From an uncultured Acidimicrobiaceae bacterium (GTDB taxonomy: Bacteria > Actinomycetota > Acidimicrobiia > Spongiisociales > ZC4RG35), in assembly GCA_964558575.1 (NCBI GenBank), contig CAZLEQ010000011.1:1910-65909 (forward strand): a stretch of DNA of 64,000 bases, given 5' to 3'. Position 1 is the stretch's first letter. The number at the start of each line of letters is the position of its first letter. The notes under the pieces are model-generated. The model was not told the origin of the DNA and did not search any database. It worked only from the letters and a program-made list of their open reading frames with translations. Positions 46,401 through 55,968 of the stretch are shown here, in pieces. Position numbers and translations under genes: made by a program.

Positions 46401-46538
46401 CCGGAGACGTGCCCCGAAGTCCTCCTCATCGGTGTCAACGGAAGCCGTTCCGGGTAGGCCCGGGTAGGTGACGAGGCCTTGTGCTCGTTGGCGAGGTTCC
46501 GTAAGTTCGCCACCGAGGCCGACGAAGAGGAGTACGCG

Positions 46539-47414
46539 ATGGCCGGGTTCCGGATCCAGACCCATGGTCGCCTGCAGGAGTGGGTGGCCGAGGAGAAGGG
46601 CTACTTCGCCGACGAGGGCCTCGAGTACGAGTTCATCGACAACACCCTGATGAACGACCGGGTGGCCTCGATCCCGACTGTGTCCGAGGGGTCCGAGTAT
46701 CGCTCCGGCGCCTACGAGACGATGGAGGCCGGAAACGCCTGCGCCGTCGGCTCCGCCTGCCATTGGGCGGTCAACCAGGCCGCAGCCTCCTCGCACGGGA
46801 AGATGTGGGGCAACGCCTACTCGGTGACCCCGGCCGGAATCTACGTCACACCCGACTCGGGGGTCTTCAAGCCGTCCGATCTGGCCGGTGTCGAGATCGG
46901 TGTCGGCTACCACTCGGGGAGCCACTTCTCGGCCCTTGCAGCCCTGCAGAGCATCCTCGAGCCAGAGGCGATCCACTTGGTGTACAAGGGTGGTCCCATC
47001 GACCGGCTCACCCGTCTCCTCGAAGGCTCGATCACGGCGGCGAACCTGTTCGGCAATCCGATGTACGTGGCCGAGCAGAAAGGCTTCCGCAAAGTCGCCG
47101 ACACCACCTTCATGATCGGGTTCCTCATCGAGGGCGGTGCCGAGCAGGAAGATGTGGAGAAGTACTTCCGTGCCTTGCAGCGGGCACAGCGTGATATCGA
47201 TGCCGAGCCGGAGCGCTACAAGCACTACTTCCTCAGGGAGTTGCCGGCCGAGTTCCACGACGATGTCGACGTGCAGGGGTTCGGGACCGGGGAGCGGATC
47301 GTGTTAGAGCCCTACACCCGTGAGGTGTACGAGTCGACCCGTCGCTGGATGCAGGCCAACCATCTGTTCGAAGAGACGCCCGAGATGGAATACGAGGAAG
47401 CGGTTCTCTTCTGA
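46539..47414 (+). CDS. NMT1/THI5-like (NitT/TauT SBP-fold) protein without signal peptide
   Basis: GAGGAG before ATG 46539. FRIQTHGRLQEWVAEEKGYFADEGLEYEF...GVEIGVGYHSGSHF looks periplasmic-binding-protein type II-like. Assignment moderate. Confidence 0.6.
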   Translation: MAGFRIQTHGRLQEWVAEEKGYFADEGLEYEFIDNTLMNDRVASIPTVSEGSEYRSGAYETMEAGNACAVGSACHWAVNQAAASSHGKMWGNAYSVTPAGIYVTPDSGVFKPSDLAGVEIGVGYHSGSHFSALAALQSILEPEAIHLVYKGGPIDRLTRLLEGSITAANLFGNPMYVAEQKGFRKVADTTFMIGFLIEGGAEQEDVEKYFRALQRAQRDIDAEPERYKHYFLRELPAEFHDDVDVQGFGTGERIVLEPYTREVYESTRRWMQANHLFEETPEMEYEEAVLF

Positions 47415-47468
47415 GGCCTCAACGGAGGGCCCGACGTTCTGGAGCCCTTACCGCTCCGCATTTCGCCG

Positions 47469-48164
47469 GTGACCGGCGATTGCCGACACGATTGCATACA
47501 ATCGCGGCACGTCGTGGCCGAGAAGACACCGCGCCCCAAAGCGACCGAGAAGCTGCGATCAGAGATACTCGACGGCACCTTCTCCCCGGGAGAACGGTTA
47601 CCCGAGATCGCACTCGCAGAGCGATACGCGGTGGGCCGCGGGTCCATCCGATCGGCCCTGGTCGAGTTGCGCGCCGAGGGTCTCGTCGACATCGAGGCCA
47701 ACCGTGGGGCGATGGTGCGGCGCATCAGCCTCGAGGAAGCGATAGAGGTCGCCGAGGCGCGCAAGGTGCTCGAGACGCTGTTGGCCGCCAGGGCGGCCCG
47801 GAGCGATGACAGCGGGGCGAAACAGTCGCTTCTCGAGATCGTGGAGGAGATGCGTGGCGCCGTCGCCGCCAAGGACAACGCGCGGTATTCGGCTTTGAAC
47901 CGGGCGTTGCACGGTCGCATCTGGGAAATCAGTGGACATCGTGTCGGCAACGACCTGGTGACCAACCTTCGCAACCGCTCCGCGCATCATCAGTATCGGC
48001 TGGCGGTGATGCCGGGTCGGTCCGAGGAGTCGCTCCAGCAACACTCTGCCATCGTCGACGCCATCGTCGCCGGAGACGTCGAAACGGCCTCGAGCTCGAT
48101 GGGCCTACACCTCGCCTCCGTGATCGCGGTGCTCAACCAATGGTCGGAGCAAGGCGCCCCCTAG
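47469..48164 (+). CDS. GntR family transcriptional regulator (FadR/FCD subfamily)
   Basis: LRSEILDGTFSPGERLPEIALAERYAVGRGSIRSALVELRAEGLV winged HTH plus a helical FCD domain. Start uncertain (a GTG near 47511 is possible). Confidence 0.8.
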   Translation: MTGDCRHDCIQSRHVVAEKTPRPKATEKLRSEILDGTFSPGERLPEIALAERYAVGRGSIRSALVELRAEGLVDIEANRGAMVRRISLEEAIEVAEARKVLETLLAARAARSDDSGAKQSLLEIVEEMRGAVAAKDNARYSALNRALHGRIWEISGHRVGNDLVTNLRNRSAHHQYRLAVMPGRSEESLQQHSAIVDAIVAGDVETASSSMGLHLASVIAVLNQWSEQGAP

Positions 48165-48263
48165 ACAACCGCTGACGGCGCGGCAGCAGCCAGCCGACCG
48201 AGGTCTGGTCTGCCGATCTTGGCCTGTGGGGCACCAGTCAATTGGTTGTGGTATCCATGATGG

Positions 48264-48836
48264 ATGACCATCCGGACTCGATCGGCGACCGACTTCGACG
48301 ACGTCCAAACGATGCTGGGCCCCAAGCAGCGGCCCGACGCCAACGTGTGCTGGTGCCTCAGTTACCGAATCCCATCGAAAGAGAACCGGGCGCTGACCGG
48401 ACAGGCCCGCGGCGAACGGGTTCAGCAGCTGATCGACGAAGGCCCGATCGGGGTGCTCGCCTACGACGGCGACGAAGTGGTGGGCTGGGCCGCCGTCGCT
48501 CTCCGAGCCGACACCACCTTCGCACGCAACCGCAAGATCCCCCATGTCGACGATCTCGACGTGTGGTCGGTGTGGTGCATCAGGGTGCGACCGGGGCACC
48601 GGGGGAAAGGCATCTCCCATGACCTCCTGGCCGGCGCCATCACGTTCGCGCGGGATCATGGTGCGCCCGCCCTCGAGGGTTACCCGGTCGACAACCGCGG
48701 CGAGAAAGTCGACCTGACGATGGCCTACGTGGGCACGCGGGGACTCTTCGAGCAGGCCGGATTCACCAAGGTCGCCGACACCGACTCGGTGCTGAACGGG
48801 TTTCCTCGCGTCATCATGCGACTCGACCTGAGCTGA
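48264..48836 (+). CDS. GNAT family N-acetyltransferase
   Basis: Acetyl-CoA motif A: IRVRPGHRGKGISHDLLAGAITFAR. Confidence 0.75.
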   Translation: MTIRTRSATDFDDVQTMLGPKQRPDANVCWCLSYRIPSKENRALTGQARGERVQQLIDEGPIGVLAYDGDEVVGWAAVALRADTTFARNRKIPHVDDLDVWSVWCIRVRPGHRGKGISHDLLAGAITFARDHGAPALEGYPVDNRGEKVDLTMAYVGTRGLFEQAGFTKVADTDSVLNGFPRVIMRLDLS

Positions 48837-48943
48837 CCACCGGATCAGGTCGGTGCCGTCGGCAGGGCTGGCTGCCCGCCGCGTGGTGGTGAGGGTGGAT
48901 GTCGATGGCACCCTTGACCGGCCAGGGCGATCTTCCCCACACC

Positions 48944-49747
48944 TCAGCCCTTCGGGGTGCCGGTGGTCCCCTTCTCCTTCATCTGGCGCAACGCCTCGAC
49001 GGTGGCTCTGGTCATCGTCGGGTCAACTCCGAGTGACTCGAGGAAGGCACGGGCAGATTCCATCTCCACGATGCGCCGGTCGATGTGTCTCGGTGTCCCC
49101 TCGATCAGCCGCCGCATCAGCCCTTCGTCCGCCGCGGTGACGAACTCGACCAGATGCGTCCACATCCACCCGGCGTCTCCAAGAGCCGCGGCGGCCTCGA
49201 GGCTCTCCATCAGTACTGCGGTCAGTCCCTTCGTCGTCACGCTGCGGAGCAGCTTGCGGGCGGCCGCGTCACCGGGACGGTCGCTCAGGATCTCCACCCG
49301 ACCGCCCAACCCGTTGACGATGTCCGCCAATACGACCGCCCCCGGACCGGACGCCAGGGACGGCGTGGCCAACCCGTGCCCGGGGACTGTCCCCATCAGG
49401 GCCACGTCGACGAAGACGAGACCCCTGAGTGACGCCGTGTCGGCGAGATCCTCCTTGAAGGCGGGTGGAGCGGTGGAGAGGTCGGCATATATCGTTCCCC
49501 GCCTCATCTCGTCCCAGGCCTGTGCGATGGCGCGCTGGGCGTCCCCCGCCCCGGTTACCGCCAGCACGAGACGGGAGCCTTTCACCGATGCGCCGGGCTC
49601 GTGGTGACGGACCACTCCCTCCGGGGTGGGCACCTCCGCCGGGTCGTATCCGTGGACATCGGCCCCGGCTCGCGCCAGATCGGCCGCGATCTGCGACCCG
49701 GCCTCCCCGAGCCCGAAGACGGTGACCTGGATTGGCTCAGACGTCAT
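48944..49747 (-). CDS. NAD(P)-dependent oxidoreductase, 6-phosphogluconate-dehydrogenase-like (NAD_binding_2 + DUF1932-like)
   Basis: Rossmann motif [21 protein letters not shown] and a helical C-domain. 11-nt overlap with ligK, and last gene of the galB-ligK operon. Confidence 0.75.
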   Translation of the reverse strand: MTSEPIQVTVFGLGEAGSQIAADLARAGADVHGYDPAEVPTPEGVVRHHEPGASVKGSRLVLAVTGAGDAQRAIAQAWDEMRRGTIYADLSTAPPAFKEDLADTASLRGLVFVDVALMGTVPGHGLATPSLASGPGAVVLADIVNGLGGRVEILSDRPGDAAARKLLRSVTTKGLTAVLMESLEAAAALGDAGWMWTHLVEFVTAADEGLMRRLIEGTPRHIDRRIVEMESARAFLESLGVDPTMTRATVEALRQMKEKGTTGTPKG

Positions 49748-50432
49748 CGGGCGTGTCAACCCAACGCGTGCCCAGGTCCTCCAACTTGGCGCGGAGTCCG
49801 TAGAAGTCAACGCCCAGCTCACCGGTGGCGAGCCGTTGTCGGGTCTCCTCCTCCTTGGCGAGACGCTCCCTGGCCACGGTGAGCACCTCCGGCGCTCGAG
49901 CCCGCGGCACCACCATCACACCGTCGTCATCGGCGACAACGACGTCTCCGGGGACTACGAGTGCTCCCCGGCAGACGACCGGCACGTTGACCGAACCCGG
50001 GGTGGCCTTCACCGTGCCTTGGGCGTGGACCGCCGTCGACCACACCGGGAAGGTCATCTCCCTCAAGTCGGCCACGTCTCGCACCCCGGCGTCTATGACC
50101 AGTCCGGTGCATCCGGCGTGGAGCAAGGAGGTGGCCAGAAGCTCGCCGAACATGCCGTCGCTGGACGGCGATGTGGTTGCAACAACCAACACGTCCCCCG
50201 GTTGGACGACCTCCACCGCGGCGTGGATCATCATGTTGTCTCCTGGCGGGGCGAGCACGGTCACCGCCGATCCCGCGATGCGGGCACCGTCCTGGATCGG
50301 TCGCATCGCGGCGCTCATCAGTCCGATACGCCCGGCGGCTTCGTGGGTCGTAGCCACCCCTGCGGCACCGATACTGTCGATCACCTCCCGGGCGGCCCGC
50401 TCGATGTTACGCACGACCACCGAGCCCGTCAT
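49737..50432 (-). CDS. ligK: 4-carboxy-4-hydroxy-2-oxoadipate aldolase / oxaloacetate decarboxylase (RraA-like)
   Basis: RraA-fold pattern GDVLVV...[27 protein letters not shown]...[12 protein letters not shown]; 231 aa. ATGA overlap with galB. Confidence 0.85.
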   Translation of the reverse strand: MTGSVVVRNIERAAREVIDSIGAAGVATTHEAAGRIGLMSAAMRPIQDGARIAGSAVTVLAPPGDNMMIHAAVEVVQPGDVLVVATTSPSSDGMFGELLATSLLHAGCTGLVIDAGVRDVADLREMTFPVWSTAVHAQGTVKATPGSVNVPVVCRGALVVPGDVVVADDDGVMVVPRARAPEVLTVARERLAKEEETRQRLATGELGVDFYGLRAKLEDLGTRWVDTPDDV

Positions 50433-51169
50433 GACAGTTCTGAGGCCACCTGGGGGTAGACCCTCTGGTAGGCCTCGCCCATGGCGTCGGTGGGCAATCC
50501 GAGGTTGGGCCCCGAGTTGCGTCTCGCCTGGACCCCGCGCCGTCTGGCGACGTCGGTGTAGTAGTCCCAGAGGTGGGTCTGGCCCTCCATGCATTGCATG
50601 GCCTCCAGTTTCTCGTCCCACACCTCGGTGATGTCCAACAGCACGTCGGGCATGAATCCGGAGTACTCGGTCTGGTGAGGCTCGAAGAGAAACACCGGGG
50701 GAGCGCCGAGCGGTTCTCCCTCCCCTTGATATCCCGGTGCCTGGGCGATGATCCGAGCCTTCAGCGCCATGGTGTGGGCGGCTTCGTGGTCCTTGTTCCA
50801 GGGATCTCTCTCGGTGTGAGTGAGGACGACACTGGGTTGGGTCTCCCGGTAGATCGCGGTGAGACGGTCGAGTAGCTCGGGGGTCTCGATCAGTGGGTAG
50901 TCGTCGCCGTCGAGCAAGCTGATCTCGGCGCCGAGCACCGCCGCCGCCTTCTCTGCCTCCTCGTGGCGTGCTCGCTTCACCTCGTCGAGGCTCATGCCCA
51001 TTCGCCAGTAGCGGGCCGACTCGCCCCGCTCTCCGTAGGCGAGGCAGACGATGTTGACGGTGTGACCGCGGGCGGAGTAGAGGGCGATGGCACCGCCTGC
51101 CCTCCACACGAAATCCCCGACGTGGGCGCTCACCACCAGGAGCGACTCTCTCGGCATATCCTCAACCAT
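50429..51169 (-). CDS. galB: 4-oxalomesaconate hydratase, PIG-L-fold (GalB-type)
   Basis: PIG-L/LmbE-like N-terminus [22 protein letters not shown]...[14 protein letters not shown] with the AHPDD motif altered. Context next to ligK and divergent from ligAB. Confidence 0.75.
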   Translation of the reverse strand: MVEDMPRESLLVVSAHVGDFVWRAGGAIALYSARGHTVNIVCLAYGERGESARYWRMGMSLDEVKRARHEEAEKAAAVLGAEISLLDGDDYPLIETPELLDRLTAIYRETQPSVVLTHTERDPWNKDHEAAHTMALKARIIAQAPGYQGEGEPLGAPPVFLFEPHQTEYSGFMPDVLLDITEVWDEKLEAMQCMEGQTHLWDYYTDVARRRGVQARRNSGPNLGLPTDAMGEAYQRVYPQVASELS

Positions 51170-51188
51170 ATCGGCACCGCATCGCGAT

Positions 51189-51208
51189 TGTCTACAATAT
51201 TGTCGACA
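51189..51208. promoter_or_regulatory. 20-bp imperfect palindrome in the galB / ligA divergent promoter region
   Basis: TGTCTACAATATTGTCGACA (TGTC-nAC-AATATT-GTn-GACA, one mismatched pair) sits in an AT-rich patch and has a GntR-like GT-Nx-AC architecture. Confidence 0.35.
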
Positions 51209-51246
51209 TCGTGCCCGGGTGCTCGTCTACATTGAGGATCGATCGT

Positions 51247-51612
51247 ATGGCCAGAGCACGCAGGGACTACGACGACATCCCGGGGACGTATGTCTTCGAT
51301 GGGGAGCGGCACCGGATGGGTTACCGGCTCAACATGATGTGCATGAGTCTGAACGATCCGGCCAACCGGGAGGAGTTCAAGACCGACGAGGCCGCCTATT
51401 GCGACCGGCACGGGATCACTCCCGAGCAGAAGCAGGGGGTGCTGGAACGTAACTGGCTCGAGCTACTCCGGCTCGGGGGCAACATCTACTACATCTACAA
51501 GATCGCCATCATCGACGGTCTCTCGTTCCAACACGTCGGCGGGGTGATGTCGGGGATGACCGAGGCGGAGTTCAAACAGATGATGCTCGACGGGGGACGC
51601 AACAGTGGCTGA
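51247..51612 (+). CDS. ligA: protocatechuate 4,5-dioxygenase alpha subunit
   Basis: IPGTYVFDGERHRMGYRLNMMCMSLNDPANREEFKTDEAAYCDRHGITPEQKQGVLERNW is a LigA-type small subunit. Confidence 0.85.
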   Translation: MARARRDYDDIPGTYVFDGERHRMGYRLNMMCMSLNDPANREEFKTDEAAYCDRHGITPEQKQGVLERNWLELLRLGGNIYYIYKIAIIDGLSFQHVGGVMSGMTEAEFKQMMLDGGRNSG

Positions 51613-52462
51613 GGTGGCATACGGGGTGGCCACCTCCCACACGCCTTCGATCGGGGTGGCGATAGACAACGACCGTGAGGAAGAGCCCTACTGGGCACCG
51701 CTCTTCCAGGGCTATGAGGCCGGCCGCAAGTGGATGGCGGACGCCGAGCCCGACGTGATCATCCTCGCCTACAACGATCACGCCTCGGCCTTCGACCTCG
51801 ACCTGATCCCGACCTTCGCCCTGGGGGTCGCCGATGAGTTCCCCATCGCCGACGAAGGCTACGGGCCCCGTGACATACCCACCGTCGAAGGCCATTCCGA
51901 GCTGGCCTGGCACCTGGCGGAGCACCTGATCCTCGACGGCTTCGACATGACGATCTGCAATCACATGCCGGTCGACCACGGGCTGACGGTGCCGCTGTCG
52001 ATCATGTACGGCAAGCCGAAGAGATGGCCGGCCAAGGTGATACCCCTGGCGGTCAATGTGATCCAGTACCCACCCCCCACCGGAAAACGGTGCTGGGACC
52101 TCGGCCAGACGATCCGCCGCATCGTCCACGACTTCGATGATGACCTGAAGGTGGCCGTGTTCGGGACCGGAGGGATGTCCCACCAATTGCAGGGAGAGCG
52201 GGCGGGTTGGGTCAACACCCCGTTTGACAAGGAGTTCCTCGACAAGCTGGTCGACGACCCGGTCGCCCTCACCAGGATCTCCCATACCCGGCTCCTCTCC
52301 GACGCCGGGTCCGAGGGCATCGAGCTGGTGATGTGGCTGATCATGCGAGGGGCGTTGGGACGGAATGTGCGGGAGGTGCATCGTCACTATCACGTCCCGG
52401 CATCGAACACCGCCGCCGGGCTGATGATCCTGGAATCCGAAGAGCACACTGCCTTCCTGTAG
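51605..52462 (+). CDS. ligB: protocatechuate 4,5-dioxygenase beta subunit (class III extradiol dioxygenase)
   Basis: GVATSHTPSIG...IILAYNDHASAF...VDHGLTVPL... has the LigB catalytic pattern. Overlaps the ligA stop. Confidence 0.9.
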   Translation: MAEVAYGVATSHTPSIGVAIDNDREEEPYWAPLFQGYEAGRKWMADAEPDVIILAYNDHASAFDLDLIPTFALGVADEFPIADEGYGPRDIPTVEGHSELAWHLAEHLILDGFDMTICNHMPVDHGLTVPLSIMYGKPKRWPAKVIPLAVNVIQYPPPTGKRCWDLGQTIRRIVHDFDDDLKVAVFGTGGMSHQLQGERAGWVNTPFDKEFLDKLVDDPVALTRISHTRLLSDAGSEGIELVMWLIMRGALGRNVREVHRHYHVPASNTAAGLMILESEEHTAFL

Positions 52463-53524
52463 ATGGCGGACATGGACCACGGCATCCGCTGCATGATCAT
52501 GCGAGGAGGCACCTCGAAGGGCGCCTTCTTCGTCGCCAGCGACCTCCCGTCCGATGCCTCCGAACGGGACCGTCTCCTGCTGCAGATCATGGGGACTCCC
52601 GATCCTCGCCAGATCGACGGTCTCGGAGGGGCGCACCCTCTCACCAGCAAGGTGGCGATCGCATCTTCCTCAGAGGAAGACGACGTCGACGTCGAATATC
52701 TGTTCCTGCAGGTCGGGGTGGACGAGGCGTTCGTCACCGACCGTCAGAACTGCGGCAACCTCTTGGCCGCGATCGGCCCCTTCGCCCTCGAACGTGGGCT
52801 CGTCTACATGCCCAACGGAGAGGCCTCGGTGCGGATCCGCATGCGTAACACCGGAGGGTTGGCGGTGGCTCGCTTCCGCGTCCAGGACGGCGTCCCGAAC
52901 TACTCGGGCAACACGGCCATCTCCGGGGTCCCCGGGACCTCGGGTCAGGTAGGCATCGACTTCGAGGGGATCGCCGGAGGCACCACGGGCTCGCTGCTGC
53001 CCACTGGAAACCCGGTCGACGAAGTCGCCGGGGTGGAGGCGACGCTGGTCGACAACGGGATGCCGGTGGTGGTGATGCGAGCTGACGCCCTGGGAGTGAC
53101 CGGCTACGAGGACTGTCTCGAGCTGGAGTCGAACCAGGAGCTGCGCTCACGTCTCGAGGAGATCCGGCTCGAGGCCGGCCGGCTCATGGGTCTCGGTGAT
53201 GTCTCCGACATCACCATCCCCAAGCTGACGATGGTGGCGCCCCCCAAAGCCGGAGGCAGCGTCTCGACCCGAAGCTTCATCCCGCACCGATGCCATGACG
53301 CCATCGGCGTCCTCGGCGCCGTCTCCGTCGCCACCGCCTGTCTCCTCGAAGACACCCCGGCCAACGCCGTGTCCGAGATCGACTCGTCACTGGTGACCCT
53401 GGAGCATCCCGTCGGGACCTTCGAGGCCCGGGTCGAGCTCGAAGGCCGGGAGGTACGGCGCGCCGGGATCATCCGCACCGCCCGCAAGCTGATGGACGGG
53501 ACCGTCTACCCCCGGTCCTACTGA
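52463..53524 (+). CDS. galD: 4-oxalomesaconate tautomerase (PrpF family)
   Basis: IRCMIMRGGTSKGAFF...DGLGGAHPLTSKVAI...NCGNLLAAIGPFALERGLV is a PrpF/GalD/LigU-type pattern. Confidence 0.8.
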   Translation: MADMDHGIRCMIMRGGTSKGAFFVASDLPSDASERDRLLLQIMGTPDPRQIDGLGGAHPLTSKVAIASSSEEDDVDVEYLFLQVGVDEAFVTDRQNCGNLLAAIGPFALERGLVYMPNGEASVRIRMRNTGGLAVARFRVQDGVPNYSGNTAISGVPGTSGQVGIDFEGIAGGTTGSLLPTGNPVDEVAGVEATLVDNGMPVVVMRADALGVTGYEDCLELESNQELRSRLEEIRLEAGRLMGLGDVSDITIPKLTMVAPPKAGGSVSTRSFIPHRCHDAIGVLGAVSVATACLLEDTPANAVSEIDSSLVTLEHPVGTFEARVELEGREVRRAGIIRTARKLMDGTVYPRSY

Positions 53525-54406
53525 GTGTCGACTCCCACCATCCCGGCCCCGAAGCGGGACTCCCGCCGACCCACCCGCTTCACTCCGCCTGCGAACGCCT
53601 GTGACGCCCACTGTCACATCTTCGGGCCGGCTCAGCGTTTTCCTTTCGCCCCGGACCGCACCTACACCCCGCCCGACTCGGGTCTCGAGGATCTCGAGGA
53701 GCTGCAACGGCGTCTCGGGCTCACCCGGGCAGTGTTCGTCCAGGCCTCCTGTCACGGCACCGACAACAGGGCCATGCTCGATGCCCTTGGGAGGGGCCAG
53801 GGTCGCTATGCGGGAGTTGCCATGATCGACGACACGCACACCGATGAAGCCCTGGTGGAGATGCATCGTCACGGCGTGCGCGGGATCAGGTTCAACTTCG
53901 TCGCCCACCTCGGCGGTGCGCCCGACCTGTCGCGATTCCGGGGGATGGTGGACCGAGTCGCCCCATTGGGGTGGCATCTGGTACTGCACTTCGACGCCGG
54001 AGACCTCTCCCGCTACTCCGAGTTGCTCGCCGGTCTCCCGGTTCCATTCATCATCGACCACATGGCCCGGATCCAGGCGGCGGACGGTATCGACCAGGAG
54101 CCCTTTGGCCGCCTGCTCGAGTTGCTCGAGACGAATTCGAGGGCGTGGGTGAAGATCTCCGGTGCGGAGCGGATCACCACAAGCGGAGAGCCCCCATACG
54201 ACGACGTGGCTCCCTTCGCCCTGGCCCTCGTCGGGGTAGCCCCGGATCGCGTTCTCTGGGGCACCGACTGGCCCCACCCCAACGTGCGGCACATGCCGGA
54301 CGATGGTGACCTCGTCGACCTGCTCGCTGACTTCGTTCCCGACCCGACCAGCCGTCACCGGGTCCTGGTCGACAACCCGACCGTTCTCTACGACTTCTCA
54401 TCGTGA
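53525..54406 (+). CDS. ligI: 2-pyrone-4,6-dicarboxylate hydrolase (amidohydrolase_2)
   Basis: ACDAHCHIFGP...RAVFVQASCHG...GVRGIRFN...IDHMAR...WGTDWPHPN is a LigI-like pattern. Confidence 0.8.
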   Translation: MSTPTIPAPKRDSRRPTRFTPPANACDAHCHIFGPAQRFPFAPDRTYTPPDSGLEDLEELQRRLGLTRAVFVQASCHGTDNRAMLDALGRGQGRYAGVAMIDDTHTDEALVEMHRHGVRGIRFNFVAHLGGAPDLSRFRGMVDRVAPLGWHLVLHFDAGDLSRYSELLAGLPVPFIIDHMARIQAADGIDQEPFGRLLELLETNSRAWVKISGAERITTSGEPPYDDVAPFALALVGVAPDRVLWGTDWPHPNVRHMPDDGDLVDLLADFVPDPTSRHRVLVDNPTVLYDFSS

Positions 54407-55956
54407 GCGAGGACTTTCCGGTCGTGATCGTCGGGGGAGGCCCGGTGGGGATGGGATTCGCCGTCGAGCTCGGAGAGCGCGGGGTGGAGTGTCTCGTGGT
54501 GGAGCGGCATCGGGTTTCACAACCGATCCCGAAGGGCCAGAACCTGACCCAGCGGACCATGGAGCACTTCGCCTTCTGGGGGATCGACCAGCAGATTCGT
54601 GAGGCGCGGAAGATGCCGGAGGGATACCCCAACTCTGGGGTGACCGCCTACCGGGATCTGATGGGTGAATACTCCTACCCCTGGTGGCAGCGGAGCATGG
54701 TGGCCGACTACTACTCACAGCCCAACGAGCGGATCCCTCAATACGAGACCGAACGCGTTCTGAGAGAGAAGGCGGCGACCCTGTCTTCGGTGGAGATTCG
54801 CTATGGCTGGTCGGGTGAGGGCCTCGACGGCAACGCCGTTCGCACCGTGTCCCGTGACTCCGGAGAGGAGAAGGTCGTCGCCGGGGAGTTCATTATCGGA
54901 TGCGACGGAAGTCACTCCACGATCAGGGAGGCGGCCGGGATCTCGGAGATCATGACGGACCACGAACGACGCATGGTGCTGCTCGTCTTTCGCTCGGCGG
55001 GCCTGCATGAGTTGGTCTCCCGATTCGGGGAGGTCGCCTTCTTCAACATCATGGATCCGACCCTCGACGGCTATTGGAGATTCCTGGGGAGGGTCGACGG
55101 TGAGGGCGAGTTCTTCTTCCACGCTCCGGTCCCTGACGATGCCACCCGTGAAGACTTCGACTTCGCCGGCCTCCTCCACGACTCGATGGGAGCGGAGTTC
55201 GAGGTCGAGTTCGGCTACGTCGGGTTCTGGGACCTGCGCTTCGCCGTGGCCGACCCCTACCGCAAGGGCCCGGTCTTCGTCGCCGGGGATGCCGCCCACA
55301 GCCATCCTCCCTATGGGGGGTATGGGATCAACACCGGTTTCGAGGATGTCCGCAACTTGGGCTGGAAGTTGGCAGCGTGGTTCGAAGGGTGGGGGAGCGA
55401 GCGACTGCTCGACTCGTACGGCGCCGAGCGGCAACCGGTCTTCCAGTCGACCGCGGCGGACTTCATCGAGAAGATGATCGACTCCCAGCGTCAGTTTCTC
55501 ACCATTCACGATCCGGCAGTCAACCTCGCCGATTTCGAGCGTGCCTGGGAAGAGCGCAAGCTCAGGTCGTCGCTGGGGGTGTCGGACTTCGAGCCTCACT
55601 ACGAGGGGTCTCCGATCGTGTGGGCCACGGGCACCCCGTCGGCGGTGGGCTCCCACGAATTCACCGCCCGGCCCGGCCATCACCTCCCACCGCGGGAGGA
55701 TGTCTTCGAGTGTCTCGGCCCTGGTTTCACCCTGGTGTCGGTGGGAGGGCCGGTAGAGTCGGTCGGTTCGTTCCGCACCGCCGCCGACTCATTGGGGGTG
55801 CCAATCGAGGTGGTGGCGAGAGCCCGAGGTGGCGAGGCCGACGGGTACGGATTCCGTTTCGGCCTGGTCCGTCCCGACCACTTCGTCAGCTGGGTGGGGG
55901 ACGAGGCGGACCCGGCGTTGGCACGCGAGGTGTTGGCCCGGTCGGTCGGCCGGTGA
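54403..55956 (+). CDS. FAD-dependent aromatic-ring monooxygenase (FAD_binding_3, PheA/TfdB/MhpA class)
   Basis: VVIVGGGPVGMGFAVELGERG, CDGSHSTIR and VFVAGDAAHSHPPYGGYGINTGFEDVRNLGWKL. GTGA overlap with ligI. Confidence 0.85.
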   Translation: MSEDFPVVIVGGGPVGMGFAVELGERGVECLVVERHRVSQPIPKGQNLTQRTMEHFAFWGIDQQIREARKMPEGYPNSGVTAYRDLMGEYSYPWWQRSMVADYYSQPNERIPQYETERVLREKAATLSSVEIRYGWSGEGLDGNAVRTVSRDSGEEKVVAGEFIIGCDGSHSTIREAAGISEIMTDHERRMVLLVFRSAGLHELVSRFGEVAFFNIMDPTLDGYWRFLGRVDGEGEFFFHAPVPDDATREDFDFAGLLHDSMGAEFEVEFGYVGFWDLRFAVADPYRKGPVFVAGDAAHSHPPYGGYGINTGFEDVRNLGWKLAAWFEGWGSERLLDSYGAERQPVFQSTAADFIEKMIDSQRQFLTIHDPAVNLADFERAWEERKLRSSLGVSDFEPHYEGSPIVWATGTPSAVGSHEFTARPGHHLPPREDVFECLGPGFTLVSVGGPVESVGSFRTAADSLGVPIEVVARARGGEADGYGFRFGLVRPDHFVSWVGDEADPALAREVLARSVGR

Positions 55957-55968
55957 CCGCCCGCCGCC

